A DNA stretch of 64,000 bases from Octopus vulgaris (taxonomy: Eukaryota): positions 1,488,001 to 1,552,000 of the forward strand of contig OX597830.1 of the NCBI GenBank assembly GCA_951406725.2. Reading direction: 5' to 3'. Of the stretch, positions 11,821-27,090 are shown one piece after another (positions within the stretch are counted from its first letter, which is position 1; each line of letters begins with the position of its first letter). Position numbers and translations under genes: made by a program. The notes under the pieces were generated by a model. It did no database searches. It was not told the DNA's origin and worked only from the letters and a program-made list of their open reading frames with translations.

Positions 11821-14800
11821 TATTGTGTCTTTGCGGTGGTGGAGGAAGACGAAATCATTGATATATTTTGTTGGACAGTTAAATGCCAGAATCATTAGAA
11901 TATTTGATTAAACCCCTTGCTTTAATTATTTCAGATCGATTTCATTTTCAGTCGTAGTCAGTTTATCTATCATCCTATAGACGTCGCTTCATTCCTCTCT
12001 CTCTCTCTCTCTCTTCGTCCCTATCTCTTCGTCTCTCTCTTTCTCACTCTCTCTCTGCATTATATCCCACCCTCTTCTTCTCTCCCTCTTTAGATTTTGC
12101 CTCTAATTCGAAGTTCCATCTATGCCACTATATATCATGTCGATTTCGTTTGAGAATTACATTAAATGTACCTGTACCTGGCGTATACACAACCGCTTAT
12201 ACTTTTATTTCCTCTCTTGTAATACACTTGGTCGGAGGACTGAATATTCATCGTCGAAAAAGACGGAGATTCTACCAGGATGTCTTACGAAGTATCTTAG
12301 TTTCTTACTGATCTAGCGTAGCTCAACCGAATGAGCAAACAAAATACAAATCAACTGCAAACTTGTGTACCATAATTGTAAGATAAAACACATTTGAAGG
12401 CAGAAAGAAAAGTATTAAATGTATACATTAATCATTGAAGAATTTCAAAGGGGAGATGAAATATATTCATATCGCATGGATATATTTATATGGAAGCGTG
12501 AATAGAAGAAATACGAAAAGGGGGAAAAAAACAACAACAAAAACAAAACAAAAGCAACATCTATTTCAGTAAATCATATCTAATAAGCAGCTTAGTGCTT
12601 GAGATGTTGAAGGAAAAATGATTGTAACGATAAGTTTATCACGTGAATGAAATATAAACGAAATAATATAAGTAATAATGTGAAACCAGGAAGAAATCGA
12701 GAACTGAGAATTTTTTTTATTTTTTTAATATATATTAGCGAGTTCTACAGCCTATGCAAGGTAAGCTTCGAGCAATCAGATTGTGAGATCTAACTTCGAT
12801 TCTCAGTTCATTTATTCTGGTAATGATCTAGAGAATGCCATAAATCATATCATCTTTATTTCTTCTTCCTCCTAAATGTCTAAGGCTTCATATGTACTTA
12901 GAAAATGCAGTAAGACATCAACACATAATCGCTGAGTCGTAGCAAGAGTGAATAAAATATAGGATGAGACAAATGATTTTACAAAATGAATACCTTAGTG
13001 TGTGTATGTGTGTGCATGTGTGTGTATGTGTGTGCGCGCGCGCGTGTTTGTATGTGTTCGAATGTGTGTGACTGTGCGAGCGTGTGCATGCGTATGTCCA
13101 TATCAGAAAAATTAAAGAAGTAAACTTTTCCAATCCTCCAGAGTAACGTTTGGCGCCAGAATTTAGCTGCATGAGAGATATGTGATAAAGATAATATTTG
13201 TATGGATGCACCATCTGCTAGAAATCGAAGCTAAATCCACACCAAAACCACATATTTCAGGTTTAAAACAGTGAAGACAAAACCAACCGACCATGTTAAC
13301 ACTATACGATGGGCTAAGTTTAAGAAAAACCACACAATTCCCTAAGTTCGCACCACACTGTTAAAATAATCGACGGAGCACATTAGGTAATTGAATCCTA
13401 GATATATTTTGCCTAAGGTCAAAGTGGTATTGCCATCACTGCAAAGGTTTTGATAAGCTATGAAGAAGCAGAACTGATCAAAGGAAGGATCCGCAATGAA
13501 ACCTCTTACGTCAATATATGTTGTTACAGAGTCTGTTGTGGAACAAACCAAGAAAATCATTTTCACTACACTAAAAATACTATTTGTGTGTGAACTGGTT
13601 CTAATTCCTCTGATTGCCAAGTTGATTTAAAGTTGACTGAGAAGAATAAAATAATTGCTGTAGATTTGAAATCCTGGTCTATAATCCGTTGTATTGGTCT
13701 GAACATTATTTTCTTAGCTTTCGTCACGTGCCTACAATGTAGTTTACTCCACGATCTAACAGGATTGATACATTGAAGACCACTGCTGCTGATGATAAGT
13801 TTTAGATTATACACACAGCCAATTCGGGGATTATTGAAACAAGTGAACTGTGATGAATTCATTCATTCATTGGTTTTTAATTTATTGATAACTTGGAAAA
13901 GTCAACCACGACAGGAATCGATCTCCGTACTTGGATACTCACATGCACAAAAAGAAAACGTAAAATTAAGAAACTTTGCACTTTGTGAAAATGTATCGCT
14001 TTCCTTTAAAATGATTTCTTACGTTGAGATAAAAAAGCAAAAGCCTATGTAATTTACACAAATGTTTGCTTGATTATTGATGGGCGACATTGCCAGAAGC
14101 TCTGTAGTTGATAAGGGTGAGGAGTAGCATAATAAACTGAATAGACACCCCTCGTATGTCACTGGTAGTTACTTAATTCGACAATGAATAATTAAGTTAA
14201 ACTTCCCCTCAATGCTCTTCCAGTTAGGATGCAACGCTATACACAAGTCTTTTTCGCTTGGTGCTTTTCAAATGCTTCATGTCCATCCTTGACTAGCATT
14301 ATAAGGATGGTTTCTATTTCTTCTATTACAAAAGGCTGTCAATAAAAATAAGCTTCAATAGAATTGGTAGAATAGAATTTAATGAAACATAATAATAGTT
14401 TCTGGCAGAAATCTGGGAAGGAGAACATATTGTATTAAATGTCCCAGAATTTGAGTGGTACTTAACTTTATCGATTACGAGATGATGAAGGATAAATTTA
14501 ACACCATCGGGACTTGAACTGGGAACGTTAGAATTAGGTAAAATGAAAAACTTGTACCTCATAGTGGAAGATTTTCCTTTTTATGTTAAGTATTTATCTC
14601 ACATGGTGCATTTTCTTCATCAGTGCATAGTGATGTAATTGTTATATTACTGCAATTAATGCACGCTCCGTATAATAGTAAAACCTCATCGCCGTTTTGG
14701 GGGACACGAAGACATATTGTTCCATTATAAAGAAGCTAGTGAGAGGAATTAGAATTTGAACCCAGATCACAAATACTCGGAACAACACTTGCGATCCAGT

Positions 14801-16861
14801 GTCATAACAGTCCACTGTTCTTGCCTTCTACTTCATTCGATAACTTCCATAGAACAAAAAGTAAAATGGACTCACGGGACCCGGCATTATTACCACAAGG
14901 TATCCTTTCAAACAACTCGGCCAATTCACCGTCTTATTTTTCGATTATTAATTTATTTGTATTTTTTTCTATCAATTCTAACCTGTAATACAGCAATATT
15001 GAATCCTATGTTAGGAATTAACGCTGATTTGTGTTTGTTGCTGCTGCTGTTGTCGTTTTAGCAATTCATTGAAGCGTGAATAATCAGTTCACAGATAAAA
15101 ACAATCCAACCGTGTAATAGGAATTTCATTGATGGCGGTGGCGCTGTCGGTAATGGTAGTGGTGGTGCTGCTGTTGCCATTGATATTCAATGGATTATTA
15201 TTTGAAAAATTAACATAAAATTAAACATACACACAGCAGATACACACAGCGCACATAAATATATACACCATATACACCCACTGGATACACAGAAAAGGGA
15301 TAAACACACACCAAATATATCCATACATATACACCAATACATACGCAACCTCACTTCGGTATACTAGCACAAACGGGGAAGCCTCTATGGAGCCATTGAA
15401 CTTAATAGAAATCACAGTGGAACATCCTCGAGTTATTCTCTTCTGTTCTCTCACGCACACACTGGATGGCCTCCACCAGGAATGTCTGGATTGTTGTCCT
15501 ACTCTATTATGGCTGCGCAGGGACTTAACAAAATAAAAATGCATACACACATGCATGGGGATTGCCTTCTCTCCGAGCTGCCTCCTTCTTCATGGCCTTC
15601 ACGATTTTCGGTGTATGACCTTTCATTTGATTGCTTAGTCCAGCTGCATATCTAAATGGGTGGGAAAATCTTTTGGGGAGATATGATCCTTGTGCCCGGC
15701 TACTTACTTCTTCAGTCTCGAAATCGCATTGCAAACATTCCACAAACCACACGCGCCGAATTACCTGCTCTACAAACATGCTGTCATACATTCATTCCTA
15801 CACTCACACACACATTATCCTTACATCTATACATAAACATATATACACAGATATGCACACACACATATATATATATACATATCAGTACATATATACATAC
15901 ATGCATACATACGTACATATATATATGTGTGGGTGTGGGTGTGTTTATATAATTATATATGCATACATACATAGAATTGACACTACACCTACCTCCTACA
16001 CACACAGTCACCATGTGACAGTCACACTTTTCACATCATATAAACCGCAAATACCTACACACTACACCAGACATAAACATAAAATTCAAAAAGCCACTAT
16101 TAAAACCACAGTATACACCCACTACGAATATATACACTCATACAATATTCATCTACCAAATCATTATAAACACACACACACACACAAGTAGCTATGCACA
16201 CTCACTAGTAGCCATGGAACATTATATACACACTCATAGATAGTTGTATCACGTTATACACACACAACACATGTAGCTATATAATACATATACACATGTA
16301 GCTAGAACAAACAAAACGCTAAAAATGCGATAATGTAAATTGGTAGACATATTAAAACTCTTCATTTCATTTTCTATTGCTAATATTTTCTTCTCCGACG
16401 CCGCCGTCGATGGTTTTTTTTTACTAATTTATTATAACGTCAATTTTTACTGGTATTTTATGTTTATTTTCACATTTCTCTCATTTGTTTATATTTGTCT
16501 CTATTCTGTTGCTTCTCCTATTTAAATATTACTTGTTGTTGTTTTTGTTATTATTATTTTCATTAGCAATAATAATAATTTTACAAGTTCTTTAACACAT
16601 TTTTTTCTTTTCCATTCTTTTTTTTATTTCGGTTGTTTCATTTTGTTTTTGTTTTTTCCTTACTGTTGTTGTTGTTGTTGTCGTCGTCGTTGCTATCTCT
16701 TAAAGAAAATAATCGATAAAATTAATTATTCCCTATGTATTTATGCAACAAAGTGTTTCTGTTCCCACAATGCTTCACTGTTTTCATATTGTTAAATTAA
16801 AAGTGATTTATTGAAAGCAGGGATGGAATGAAAAAAGAAATAGTCGGTTGGCAAATAAAAT

Positions 16862-16909
<48 letters not shown>

Positions 16910-16994
16910 ATATATGTATATGTATGTATGTACATATACTCACAAACATTACCGGTTCAGCCGTATTAACAATAAGAACAAAAACAAAAGTATA

Positions 16995-17040
<46 letters not shown>

Positions 17041-17243
17041 GTACATTTTAATCAACAAAATACCTTCTTTCTCTCTCTATCTTTCTGCCTGTTTCTCTCA
17101 GCCCCGACGCCATTGGGGTGGTGTTATAATTTCATCCATTTTTATATGCATACATTTGACACATAGCAGTCTTTATGAACTAATTGACAACGTGGTCATA
17201 CATATATATGCACGCACACACATATACATACATAGTCTTCAAC

Positions 17244-17284
<41 letters not shown>

Positions 17285-18791
17285 CACGCACACACGTATA
17301 TAAACAAACACACATGCGCATATATATAGATATATAATTTACGCTGGCAAGAAACGTAGACGCAAATTTCTTGAAATCAAATTTGAATTTCTGATCTGAG
17401 ATGATGTTTCATTAATATAACAACTATTTGATGTAGTATTAATGTAGTTGCTGTGTGTATTTGCGTGTGCGTGCCTGTACCTGTGTATGTCTGTTTTATT
17501 ATATCCATATATACGTGTTTGCTCTACTCTGTGCTGTTTATATGCGTGTTTGAAGTGTCGATTGGAAGAAAGTGAGAGAGGGAGAAAACTGCAGAGTACA
17601 TCATATAAAGATAATTAATATATAGATCCGGGCATACGTTCGTCTTCATGCATGAATACCTCTTTTTATTTGGTGCATGATTCTATTTGTACATGTGAGC
17701 ATGCATGAATGAGTTGCTCACGAATGCATGCATAGCATTTCTCTTTTATGAAAAATGTTTGTGTGTTTGTGTCTCTATTTGCGTTTGTGAGAACGTTGAA
17801 TGTTGCAGGTAAATAAATCATACATTGATGTTGCCTTTTGATTAACTTATTGCTTAATGTAGGAATTCTACATTTGTCATGAAAGCATTATTCTTGATGA
17901 GTGTATCATTAGTATTTAATTGATTAATTTCAATGGCCACGCAGTCCTCAAGTCTTAGAATGTAGCCAATTTAACTACAACCCCCCCCCGCTATCCCAAC
18001 CGCCGAACCACCATCATCCCAGTAGCTATTAATTCACAGTATGTAGCATAATAATCTAAGAAATAGATTCTCTATTCGTGAATATTTTATTGTATGCGTT
18101 GGGTGGAACATCGAAGGATATGACAAAGTGTTTCTGTAACAATACCTCATTTAGTAATGAGTTTCTTTGTCGAAGGTTCAAATCATTCTGAGACTGAATT
18201 TTCTTTTTCATGAATTACATGTATATGGTAATCAATAAAATATGTAGAAGTTGAATTGCGTATATATATATATATATATATATGATGGTAAATTATTCAG
18301 GCGGGTACCATAGGATCATTCAGGTAGAGAGTTGTATGGAGTACCTAGGATTGCTTAAGGGGAGCAAACACTCTAATTCCTCCGATGGATAAATCCTAGG
18401 TTCGCTTCGCTGGATTATAAATATTTCACCTGGCAAATATCCAAGATATTTACAATTAATACAAAGATTAAATCATATGCATATTTATTCTTCTACAGTC
18501 CATTTTACATCATATTTTGTTTAAATTCATCTGACGTACGTTCCTGCTGCTTAGAAAGCCAGCACGTACTTAAGGTCAAGTTATTGCCTACTAGATAGCA
18601 CACATCCTTTGACAGACCTTAAAGTTGCATAGAATGCTAACCAATAGAAAATAAATGGGTGTAGATGCAATTACTAGTTTTCTATGCAACACCATCGTAC
18701 GTCGTACAAACTTAAGCAAAGTGTCCTGTAAAATTGACTAAAGAAATATAAAACATACTGACGTATTAACCTCTGCATTCATTCTAATTGC

Positions 18792-18828
<37 letters not shown>

Positions 18829-18973
18829 GTATATATGTGTGTTTGTGTGTGCGTGTGTGTATAAGTATAAGGTGTGTTATGAACATTTATAGAACACGTA
18901 TCCTATAGAAACTCAACAAACAATTAAAGATGGAGAAGAGAAGATGCTAAAAGTTTTATAAAATTTTAATCTA

Positions 18974-19084
18974 TGCATACGATCGTTTCAAACAATAATA
19001 TTAATATGTAAGAAATATGGAAAAAAATAGAAATTAGTTTAATTATAATTAAATTAATTACATATTACCGTTTTCCTAAGTGCG
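18974..19084 (-). ncRNA. Degenerate type I hammerhead ribozyme with long stem II (Penelope-type pLTR relic)
   Basis: Minus strand reads GCA-CTTAGGA-[AAACGGTAAT...ATTATTGTTT]-GAAAC-GATC-GTA-TGC. The core G5 is mutated, so it is probably inactive. Confidence 0.55.
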
Positions 19085-20271
19085 AAAGAAGAATACATCT
19101 AAAAGAATACATCAGAAGACTATTATATTGCTACAGAAGACAAGATGCAGTGAGCGTCGTATAACATATTCGGATATTCAAAATGTGATTATGAAAGATG
19201 AAAGATAGAAACATACTTAGGTAGTGTTGAGTCTCGTTGTGTATGAAGTGTGACTAATGCGGAAATATAAGTGAAACCTGCTCTCTATATGAAGGTAAGT
19301 AAGTAAGTGATAGACATTCCATTTAAAGCATTCATCATAAGAAGTAATATATATATTTATATAATTGTGTGTGTTTGTACAAATAAATAAGCGTCCATTG
19401 GGACAGCATAACTATATTTAAATTTATATGTGATTTGACAATTATGAGTGGTATACAATGGAAATAATGAAAATAAATTATGGTGTGTATTAAAAAGGAA
19501 TTGTTTTTAAAATATCCCTAGAATAAGAAATACAAATAGAGAGTATAATTTTATATAAGTTAGTTGAAATTCAAATGACAAAAAAATAAGGTTGTGAGGA
19601 AGTAATTATTAGGTTAATATAATGGGGAGAGGGGAGATTTAGTATTCGTGAAAAAGCATTATATACGTTTGTGTGAAATACGTTTAAGAGGAAAGACTAA
19701 AAAAAAGAAGAAGAGTTGTTATTATTACAGAATGGAGAAAAGAAAGAAAAATTACTTACTGTAGTTAAAAATATTGAAAAACAAATCACGCACGCTGATA
19801 AAAGAGTTTTCTTTCTTGAGAAGTTGAATAAGGTAAATTCGGAAGAAAGATTTCTCGAAGAAGTACACGTTTCTATATTCTAATGTTAACTATGTTAGTT
19901 AGTAAAGAATTACAATATGAATTGAGAATCTAGTTATGGATAAAAGAGTTAGAAAACCGTAGTGATATTTATAAATAATTTTCTAACTATATAACGTAGT
20001 GGTGAAAGTGGATGTAAGAAAAAGTGTTTTGATTATTATGGAGTGATAGGTGCGAAAAAATAAGTATAATAAAAATACTACGAGAAGTAATTCCTATATA
20101 TAAATCTCCAATATAAGAGAAGAATATTATTTCAAAATATGTAGATATATTTTGTATACTGATGCATGTAAAAGGAACTACGAAATAAGATAAAAAGGAT
20201 ATGTGCATATATATATATACATACGCACACGTGTGCATATGCAGATATATATACATCCATATAACTTTGTA

Positions 20272-20816
20272 TTGGGTTGTCCGGAAAGTTCGTGCCGATT
20301 TTTAAAGGAATTAAAACTGTCAATCAGTACTTGCTATTACATTTTTAATCAACCAAATATGAACCATTTTGTTGCACAATGCGTCTCCATCTTTCCTTTA
20401 ACTTGAAAATACCCTCTTCTCAGAATTGAGGTGATTTCATGGCAAAGAATTCATCAAGGTATCTTTTTACGTCATCCAAGGAATTGGAATTTTTACCCTT
20501 AAGACTATTCTGCAGAGACCTGAATAAGTAGAAATCCGAAAGAGCAATATCTGGTGAATATGGAGGGTGGGGTGACACATCCCAGCCGAGCCGCAGCAAT
20601 TTTTGTCTGGTTCTAAAATGAACTTTCTTATCTTCCATTTTAAAGGGTTACAGAATTAACACAGATTATAGAAACATAAATCTTCTTCCACGAAAAGATA
20701 GCTTAAGCTGTGCTCTAAATGGAGGTGTAAATCCAATTTTATGGACTCAACCATATTCTAAAATAAGTCGAAAGATAAGCTACTATAAATCGGCACGAAC
20801 TTTCCGGACAACCCAA
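20272..20816 (-). mobile_element. Internally deleted mariner element (MITE-like)
   Basis: Perfect 30-bp TIRs TTGGGTTGTCCGGAAAGTTCGTGCCGATTT (20272-20301 / 20787-20816) flanked by TA. The ORF fuses the N-terminus MEDKKVHFR to the C-terminal HPPYSPDIALSDFYLF motif. Confidence 0.92.
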
Positions 20817-21439
20817 TATAATAATATCTATAGTAATTGACATACGTATATGTATAAAGTTAAAGTTTTATAAGTAAAATATAGAATGTAATGTATAATC
20901 TATTAATTATATTAATCGGCGTAAAATCTAAATTTGAAAAAACAAAACGTTAGAAGTAATAATTATTATGATAGATAAATAAAATTAATAGTAATACTAA
21001 TAAAGAGAAAAAAGGTGGAAATATTATAAATCTATATGCATAACCTAAAAGATAAACTATATCTATGAGAGAATTATGATTGTATATCATCTGTAAGATT
21101 TTGGTTAATAGCAGGTAGGTTAGTAAGAAACACAAAATAATTCTTAAAATGTAATAAATAAAAATTGGGATAGTTAAGAGAGGTCATTTTTCTAATATAT
21201 ATATATATATAATACAAGTGGAATAGGTTACGAATAAGAAAGAAGTAAAGAGGAGAAAAGGATAATAAAAAAAGTATATAAGGGCAAAATAGTCACCGAA
21301 AAGTTATTAAAAGTTGTTTGCATATATCAATAGTCAATAGTAAAAAGTATCATACATATTGGCAATAGTTGTTGCTCGGGATGTGATGGAATGCTGTATC
21401 GAAAACTAATTTCACTTAATGAAGGACACTCTGCATATA

Positions 21440-22066
21440 AGAGGAAAACAAACGAAAAACTGCCATGGGATGTTCGACCACAAGTATTTTGTCGAGTGGA
21501 TGGAGAAGCACTTCAAAGCTCTCGATCACCGAGGGATTAGTAGCGCTGTTATTGGTGATAGATAATGCCAAGTATCACTCTAATCTCTCTAAAGCAACAC
21601 CAAAAGGATGGTGGAAGGAGAAGTCTCAAATGCAGGCGACATGTCGAGAACGAAAAATTCCATTCGAAGCAGATGGGAGAAAAGCTGAGATAGTACAACA
21701 ATGTACACGTCTTTCCAATTGTTTGTTCCTTGGCAAGAGAAAAAGGTCATGAGGTCATCTTTTCTCTACCGCATCATTCCGATTTTCAGACGGTCGCGCT
21801 CGCATGGGCTATTGTCAAGGGAGAAGTGGAAAGACAGCACACCACAAACACACACCTCCGAGGAAGCACTCGCACAACTGTATGCCTCATTTCAAAATCT
21901 GGAGAGAAAAACAGTCCAGGGATGCATTAACAAGGCTAAGTCTCATCTGAACAAGCTTTACGAGCATATCAGAGCCATTGAAGCCGATGAAGAGTTGAAA
22001 GATGAAGTTAGTGATTGTGAAAGTGATACTTCAGGTAGTGACGAAGATAACTTCTATAAACGATGA
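21440..22066 (+). pseudogene. IS630-Tc1-mariner transposase 3' fragment with long D-E spacing
   Basis: Across frameshifts: HGMFDHKYFVEWM ... LVIDNAKYHS ... GHEVIFSLPHHSDFQTVALAWAIVKG, followed by an acidic tail. Confidence 0.7.
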
Positions 22067-24289
22067 AATACTCAACTAATGATCCGGATTTCTTTTATTT
22101 TCTTTCAAAATTGGAAAACGTTCACACCTTTTGAACTAGAATTGCAAAACTACCAAACTATAGTTTATTCTACTCGTCAAAGTTATATTTATCTCCCAAT
22201 AACATCGAAGCGTTGTTTTACAAAAACGGCCTCAATGGTGCCGCAGAATGTGACTGCAAAAATCGATCAGATAAGGGCGTTAAATCAGTTAAGTTCGGTT
22301 GCCCAATATTTTGGTCTAAAGAATAAGTTTTCGTGTATCTGCTCCTCATGGTTTATACCAATAATATATTCTTGCATTCGATTTTTATAGAATGTTACTC
22401 CTACATTATATTAATAATATCGATATTGTTATTCATTGTTATTCTTTCAACTAAGCTTTGTTGGAACTCCTGGAATCTTGCATGAGTAGCTGACTTGCAG
22501 CCTGGAGAGCCTACGGCACCATGCCATTCGTTCTCTTCAGTAATCAAGTCGTTAACACTGATAATTGCCTACTTGGCAGTACAAAAGAGGCAAACTTTTT
22601 GCAACAGCCCTACTGGACACTCTATTCCCGTTTCCTTTGTGTTCCTCTCAATACCTTCTGATACTGTCCCTCCATGCCCCAACAAGAATCGACTCTATCG
22701 TTACCTTTTTCATCTTCCACAGTCGGGCTGTCTCGTATTTAAGAGAATTATACACGTCTACTTGCTCGCCTTTCTACTTAATTATACGTAAGAGTAATGA
22801 GCATGGTACATCAATTACGGAGCACGCATGTCTTCTTCTTCTTCCTCTTTTTCTTCATCATCATCAGCATTATCATCATCATCATCATCATCATCATCGC
22901 TGCCGTCGTAGAATAACTTTGGCTACAGCTAATGACACTGTTTGCTTTGAGTGCTGGACTGAATCCAAGGCAGATTTTAGCATCAGAACCTGATCCTTTA
23001 GTGTCCTGGGATGAGTCCACTCAAATTAGTTGGAACTAGGTTTCTCGTTTCAGTAGAAAGAAATCGATACTTTTTGATTTCTACTGCAATAACCTCTATG
23101 TTGTGGTTTCCAGTCTCTATTCCCCAGGCTCTCATTGTAAATTGTCATAGGCTGTCTCTGCTGTCCCCTGATTAAGACAATAAAATATGCATACATGAAA
23201 ATAGCTGTAATTCTGATTTCATATTAATTAGTCAGAAATAAATTGTTTTGACAATAGAAACATGTCTAAGTTTAGAATTACACTCATGCAGAGGTTCTGG
23301 TATAAAGCGTATATCTGAAGGATTCTGTAGTAAAACATAGCTAAACAGATTTCGTTGAAATCTTGTAGACTCACAGCAGCGAAAGTAAATAGTTAACGGA
23401 AGGTAATGAAACCATTGCAATTATTAAAAGAAGGAATCAAGAAACCGTGATGGCGTAATGGGTAGTTCCCGTAAAAATGCTGATAAAGGAATTCCTATTA
23501 CTTTTGTTATACCATAGTAACTCTACAGAGTTTTGTTAATGCAAGCGATATTGTAACTCGGGAAACTGTTGTGTAGAACTATTCATAAATCTGATGATAT
23601 TGAGACGGAATAAAAACTGTTTCAAAAACTGAAAGCAGTAACTTCTTATAAGCTTAATATTATGGCAATTATTCTTCACTGCATTGACTTCTGGTTGTTC
23701 AAGAAAGCTGGAATAATTTTTCTAAAATCCCATGTTACAATTGTTATCCATTCCTGCAGCTAACTTCAGACAGAATAGTATCCTTAGCAACACATTTCAT
23801 ACCGTATCTATAAAGTAAAAGAAATTGCAGGCATTTTTTTCAAAGATAACCGGAATATTGGTTAACGTCTCCCACCACGGAAGATAAGGGAATGAATGTA
23901 ACAAATTAAAACTAACAATATGAATGCTTGCTCTACAAAGACCCTTGTGTAGTATTCCTTGCCATTTATTTGTGGCATTGTTGAAGACGGTTCTGCGGAA
24001 TCTCGATACATATATTGTTTCTGAAGATAATATTGCCCTATTAGAAATACAATTCTTGTATTAATATAACCTCAATAATGTTAGTTATATCCATATGCAT
24101 ATAAACTAAGTATATGTATGTATATGTGCATACTAATATATTTGTATGGATATATATGTGTGCGTGTGTGTGTGTGTCTGTATGCGTGTGTATGTTCGCA
24201 TATACATTGATATGCATATATATATATGAGAGAGAGAGAGAAATTTATTGCACATGCACACTCATGCACGGACACACACAGCCTTACTT

Positions 24290-24535
24290 ATTCTATTGGT
24301 ATTGTTGCTGAACCGATAAGTTACCGGGACGTAAACACACAAACATCGGTTGTCAAGCGATGGTGGGGTGACAAACAGACACACATTCATACATAAAGAT
24401 ATATATATATATACGATAGGCTTCTTTCAGTTTACGTCAACGAAATTCACTCACAAGACTTTCATCAGCCCGATGCTGAAGTAAAAGACATTTGCCCAAG
24501 GTGCCATGCAATGAGACTGAATCTGGAACCTCGCA
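24290..24535 (-). mobile_element. tRNA-derived SINE (minus strand)
   Basis: Minus strand GGTTCCAGATTCAGTCTCATTGCATGGCACCTTGGGCAAATGTCTT, similar to the copy at 35845. Confidence 0.6.
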
Positions 24536-26939
24536 CAGTTTTGTGTGGATTTCTCGTATTTTAATTGAAGATGGAACGAAATAATAACGTTCCATGTGGA
24601 ACGCTTGAAAATTGTTGAAAATCACGGCATGAAACCAATTGTAGCCTTGTTAATCCACAAATAAAATATTTATTCATATACATGAACAACTTCTTTTATA
24701 TTGTACTCAATATAGAGAAGGAATATTGTGTGGGGGAGGGATGGTGGTTGTGTTCTGGAAGAACGGTAATTTATCTCTGCATCACCAGCTCACCAAGCTG
24801 GAGACCAATAAAATTATCGAGAAGGTATCGAGAACCAATATTCGCATATCGTAAGACCTGTATCAAAATCTTGTGGTTACATCTCTTTATTCATTTGTTT
24901 ATATTTTGTTTCCTTTTGTCTAATTTCTCCTCCCGTTATTCTACGATCGATAAAAGTACAGTAGTAATCTAGTTACAGGCATTACTCTAATCATATGTGT
25001 GTGTGTCCGTGTTTGTATGAGTTTGCGTGTGTGTGGATTCCCATGACTGTCGCGATCCAATTCCATTATCATGAATTTGAATTGGAAGCTTGAGTCGTAA
25101 ATCTTTCGTTTGCTGATTACACAACCATGAACGCTGCCCCTAAGGATGCAGTGCTCTTGGCGGAGCTTGAGTGATTCCTCTCTTCAGCATCAATGTCAGA
25201 AGAGCCAATGGCTCAGTTGAGCTCATACGCTGCCTCTTCACAATCCCCCATTCTGCGCTCACATGACAGCTGTATATCTGGCTGGGTTGCTGAACGGAAA
25301 GAGATACCGCGCCAAATGGCAACCCGTAACTATGTAGGGCACAGTCGTCAGTTCGTGAGGTATTTTGAAAGTAGCCGCATACCCAGAGTAATTACACCCT
25401 TGGCAATTGCGTTGGTACTTACTCATGTAATGGTACTAATGGGTGAAAGGAATGCACATATTTTAACCATGAGAAATGAACATTAAAAAAGAGAAGAGAT
25501 ATATTGAAAGGGAGTAGAGGCGAGGTGAGAAGATAAGAAATTCAATTGGTAAAGTATGACAAGTAAGCAAGAAATATCGAAGAAAATCTCAGAAGACATG
25601 TTTCAATGCTTTTACTTCGAATATTAAATCTAGATATATTATTGCCATTGTAAGCGATCTTTGAATTGTAACTTCGTTGGTTAAATCAAGTTCTCCTCCC
25701 ATAGATCGTGTGTGTGTGTTATCTGTAATCAGCTGTCGCTTTCCTATTTGTTTCCGATAATTCACTTAACACTTCACTCTCTATTACACCAAACAGTTAT
25801 TAGATATATCGGCATGGTTTAGTTATATCGAAAGTTTTTATTAAGTAACGGTATCATTAACAAACGAAATAACATCAATTACTCTGTCTCAGTTGGTAGA
25901 GTTTCTTTTTTCTGCATTTATTAATTTTCGCAAGGGAATAGCAATACGGGAAGATGTTTACAACACTGTCTTCTAAATTACAATTGACTTTCCGTCAGTG
26001 AGCTTAAACTGATTCGAATAAGATGTTAAATATGCCATATTGATGAACAACAGTTTAGAAAGGTTAGCTATTAATGTATTAAATAATGTTATCTATAACC
26101 TCATCTATTGTTATATTTTGTTAAAGAATGTCGTCTAACTTTATGTTTCGAGTAATAACGCCACATTTTTAAAGGTGTTTTTCAAGAACCACCTCTAGTT
26201 TAATGGATTCTTATATATTATCAACAATTTTGCTTTTTGTTCAATAGCATTAGTATAAAATATACGCAATATTAACGCTATATATTTCTGTTGTTTTGGT
26301 AAAGCAGCGTAATGTTTTCAAAACAGCCATTTTGTGCTAAACGTTGCTAAAATGACATCATGGATTGCTAAGTATGGTCCAATATTGTAATTATTGGCTT
26401 AATAATGTTAATCCTGTGTTATATTAAACAAGCACAACTTTTGCCGGACTAAAGTGAAGCTTTACACTACATAAACCAGTTAAAAGACAGCCGATGTTAT
26501 GATAATGTTTTCTTCAATTACAGCACAAATTATTACATTGTGTAAAATAAATATCTAGATGGCCCGTTCGAGGGATTATTACCTGGCAACATTTAAATGT
26601 TTTATACGCCCATGTAGTCCTTAGTACACATAGTCAAACTCAACTCATTCAACTTTTGAACGAGTGATACATCCAGAACGTTAGAGAGACGGGCTGAGAG
26701 AATTGTAGCAGCACTCGGTTGTACCTTAATTTCGGCTGAGTAGACTAGAACCACGTCGAAATGAAGTGCCTTGATCAAGGACACAACGTGTTTTCTAGTT
26801 CAAGTACTGAACCCACTCCACCATGGTTGTGAGCCAAATAGTCCAATCATTAAACAACGTGATTTCTTTAACTTCCATTATATAACACCACATAATGTTT
26901 GAATGTCTTATACAGTTACGCCATTTTAAATATTTGCTC

Positions 26940-27090
26940 AATTTCAAGCTCGCGCCGGATAAAATGCTAAGCGACAAATTATCCGATTTTACGTTGCGAG
27001 TTCAAATGTCAACTTAGCCTCCCACCATTTTGGGGGCGATAAAATAAGTACCAGTTGCACATTGGTCGATATACACGACGTACCCCCAAC
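26940..27090 (+). mobile_element. SINE fragment
   Basis: AAAATGCTAAGCG ... GAGTTCAAAT ... GATAAAATAAGTACCAGTTG, the same family as at 11.6 kb. Confidence 0.55.

Noticed and set aside
13330-13860. Coding-like composition, possibly a LINE ORF2 C-terminus
   Set aside because: Multiple stops and no diagnostic motif.
15230-15790. Possible Penelope endonuclease relic or exon on the minus strand
   Set aside because: Only a vague CxxC and no recognisable GIY-YIG motif or splice structure.
18528-18582. Possible minus-strand hammerhead (GGAAC-GTAC-GTC)
   Set aside because: Both core halves are degenerate, so it cannot be supported.
25140-25200. CTGAAGA on the minus strand suggesting a hammerhead
   Set aside because: No downstream GAAA or stem III.
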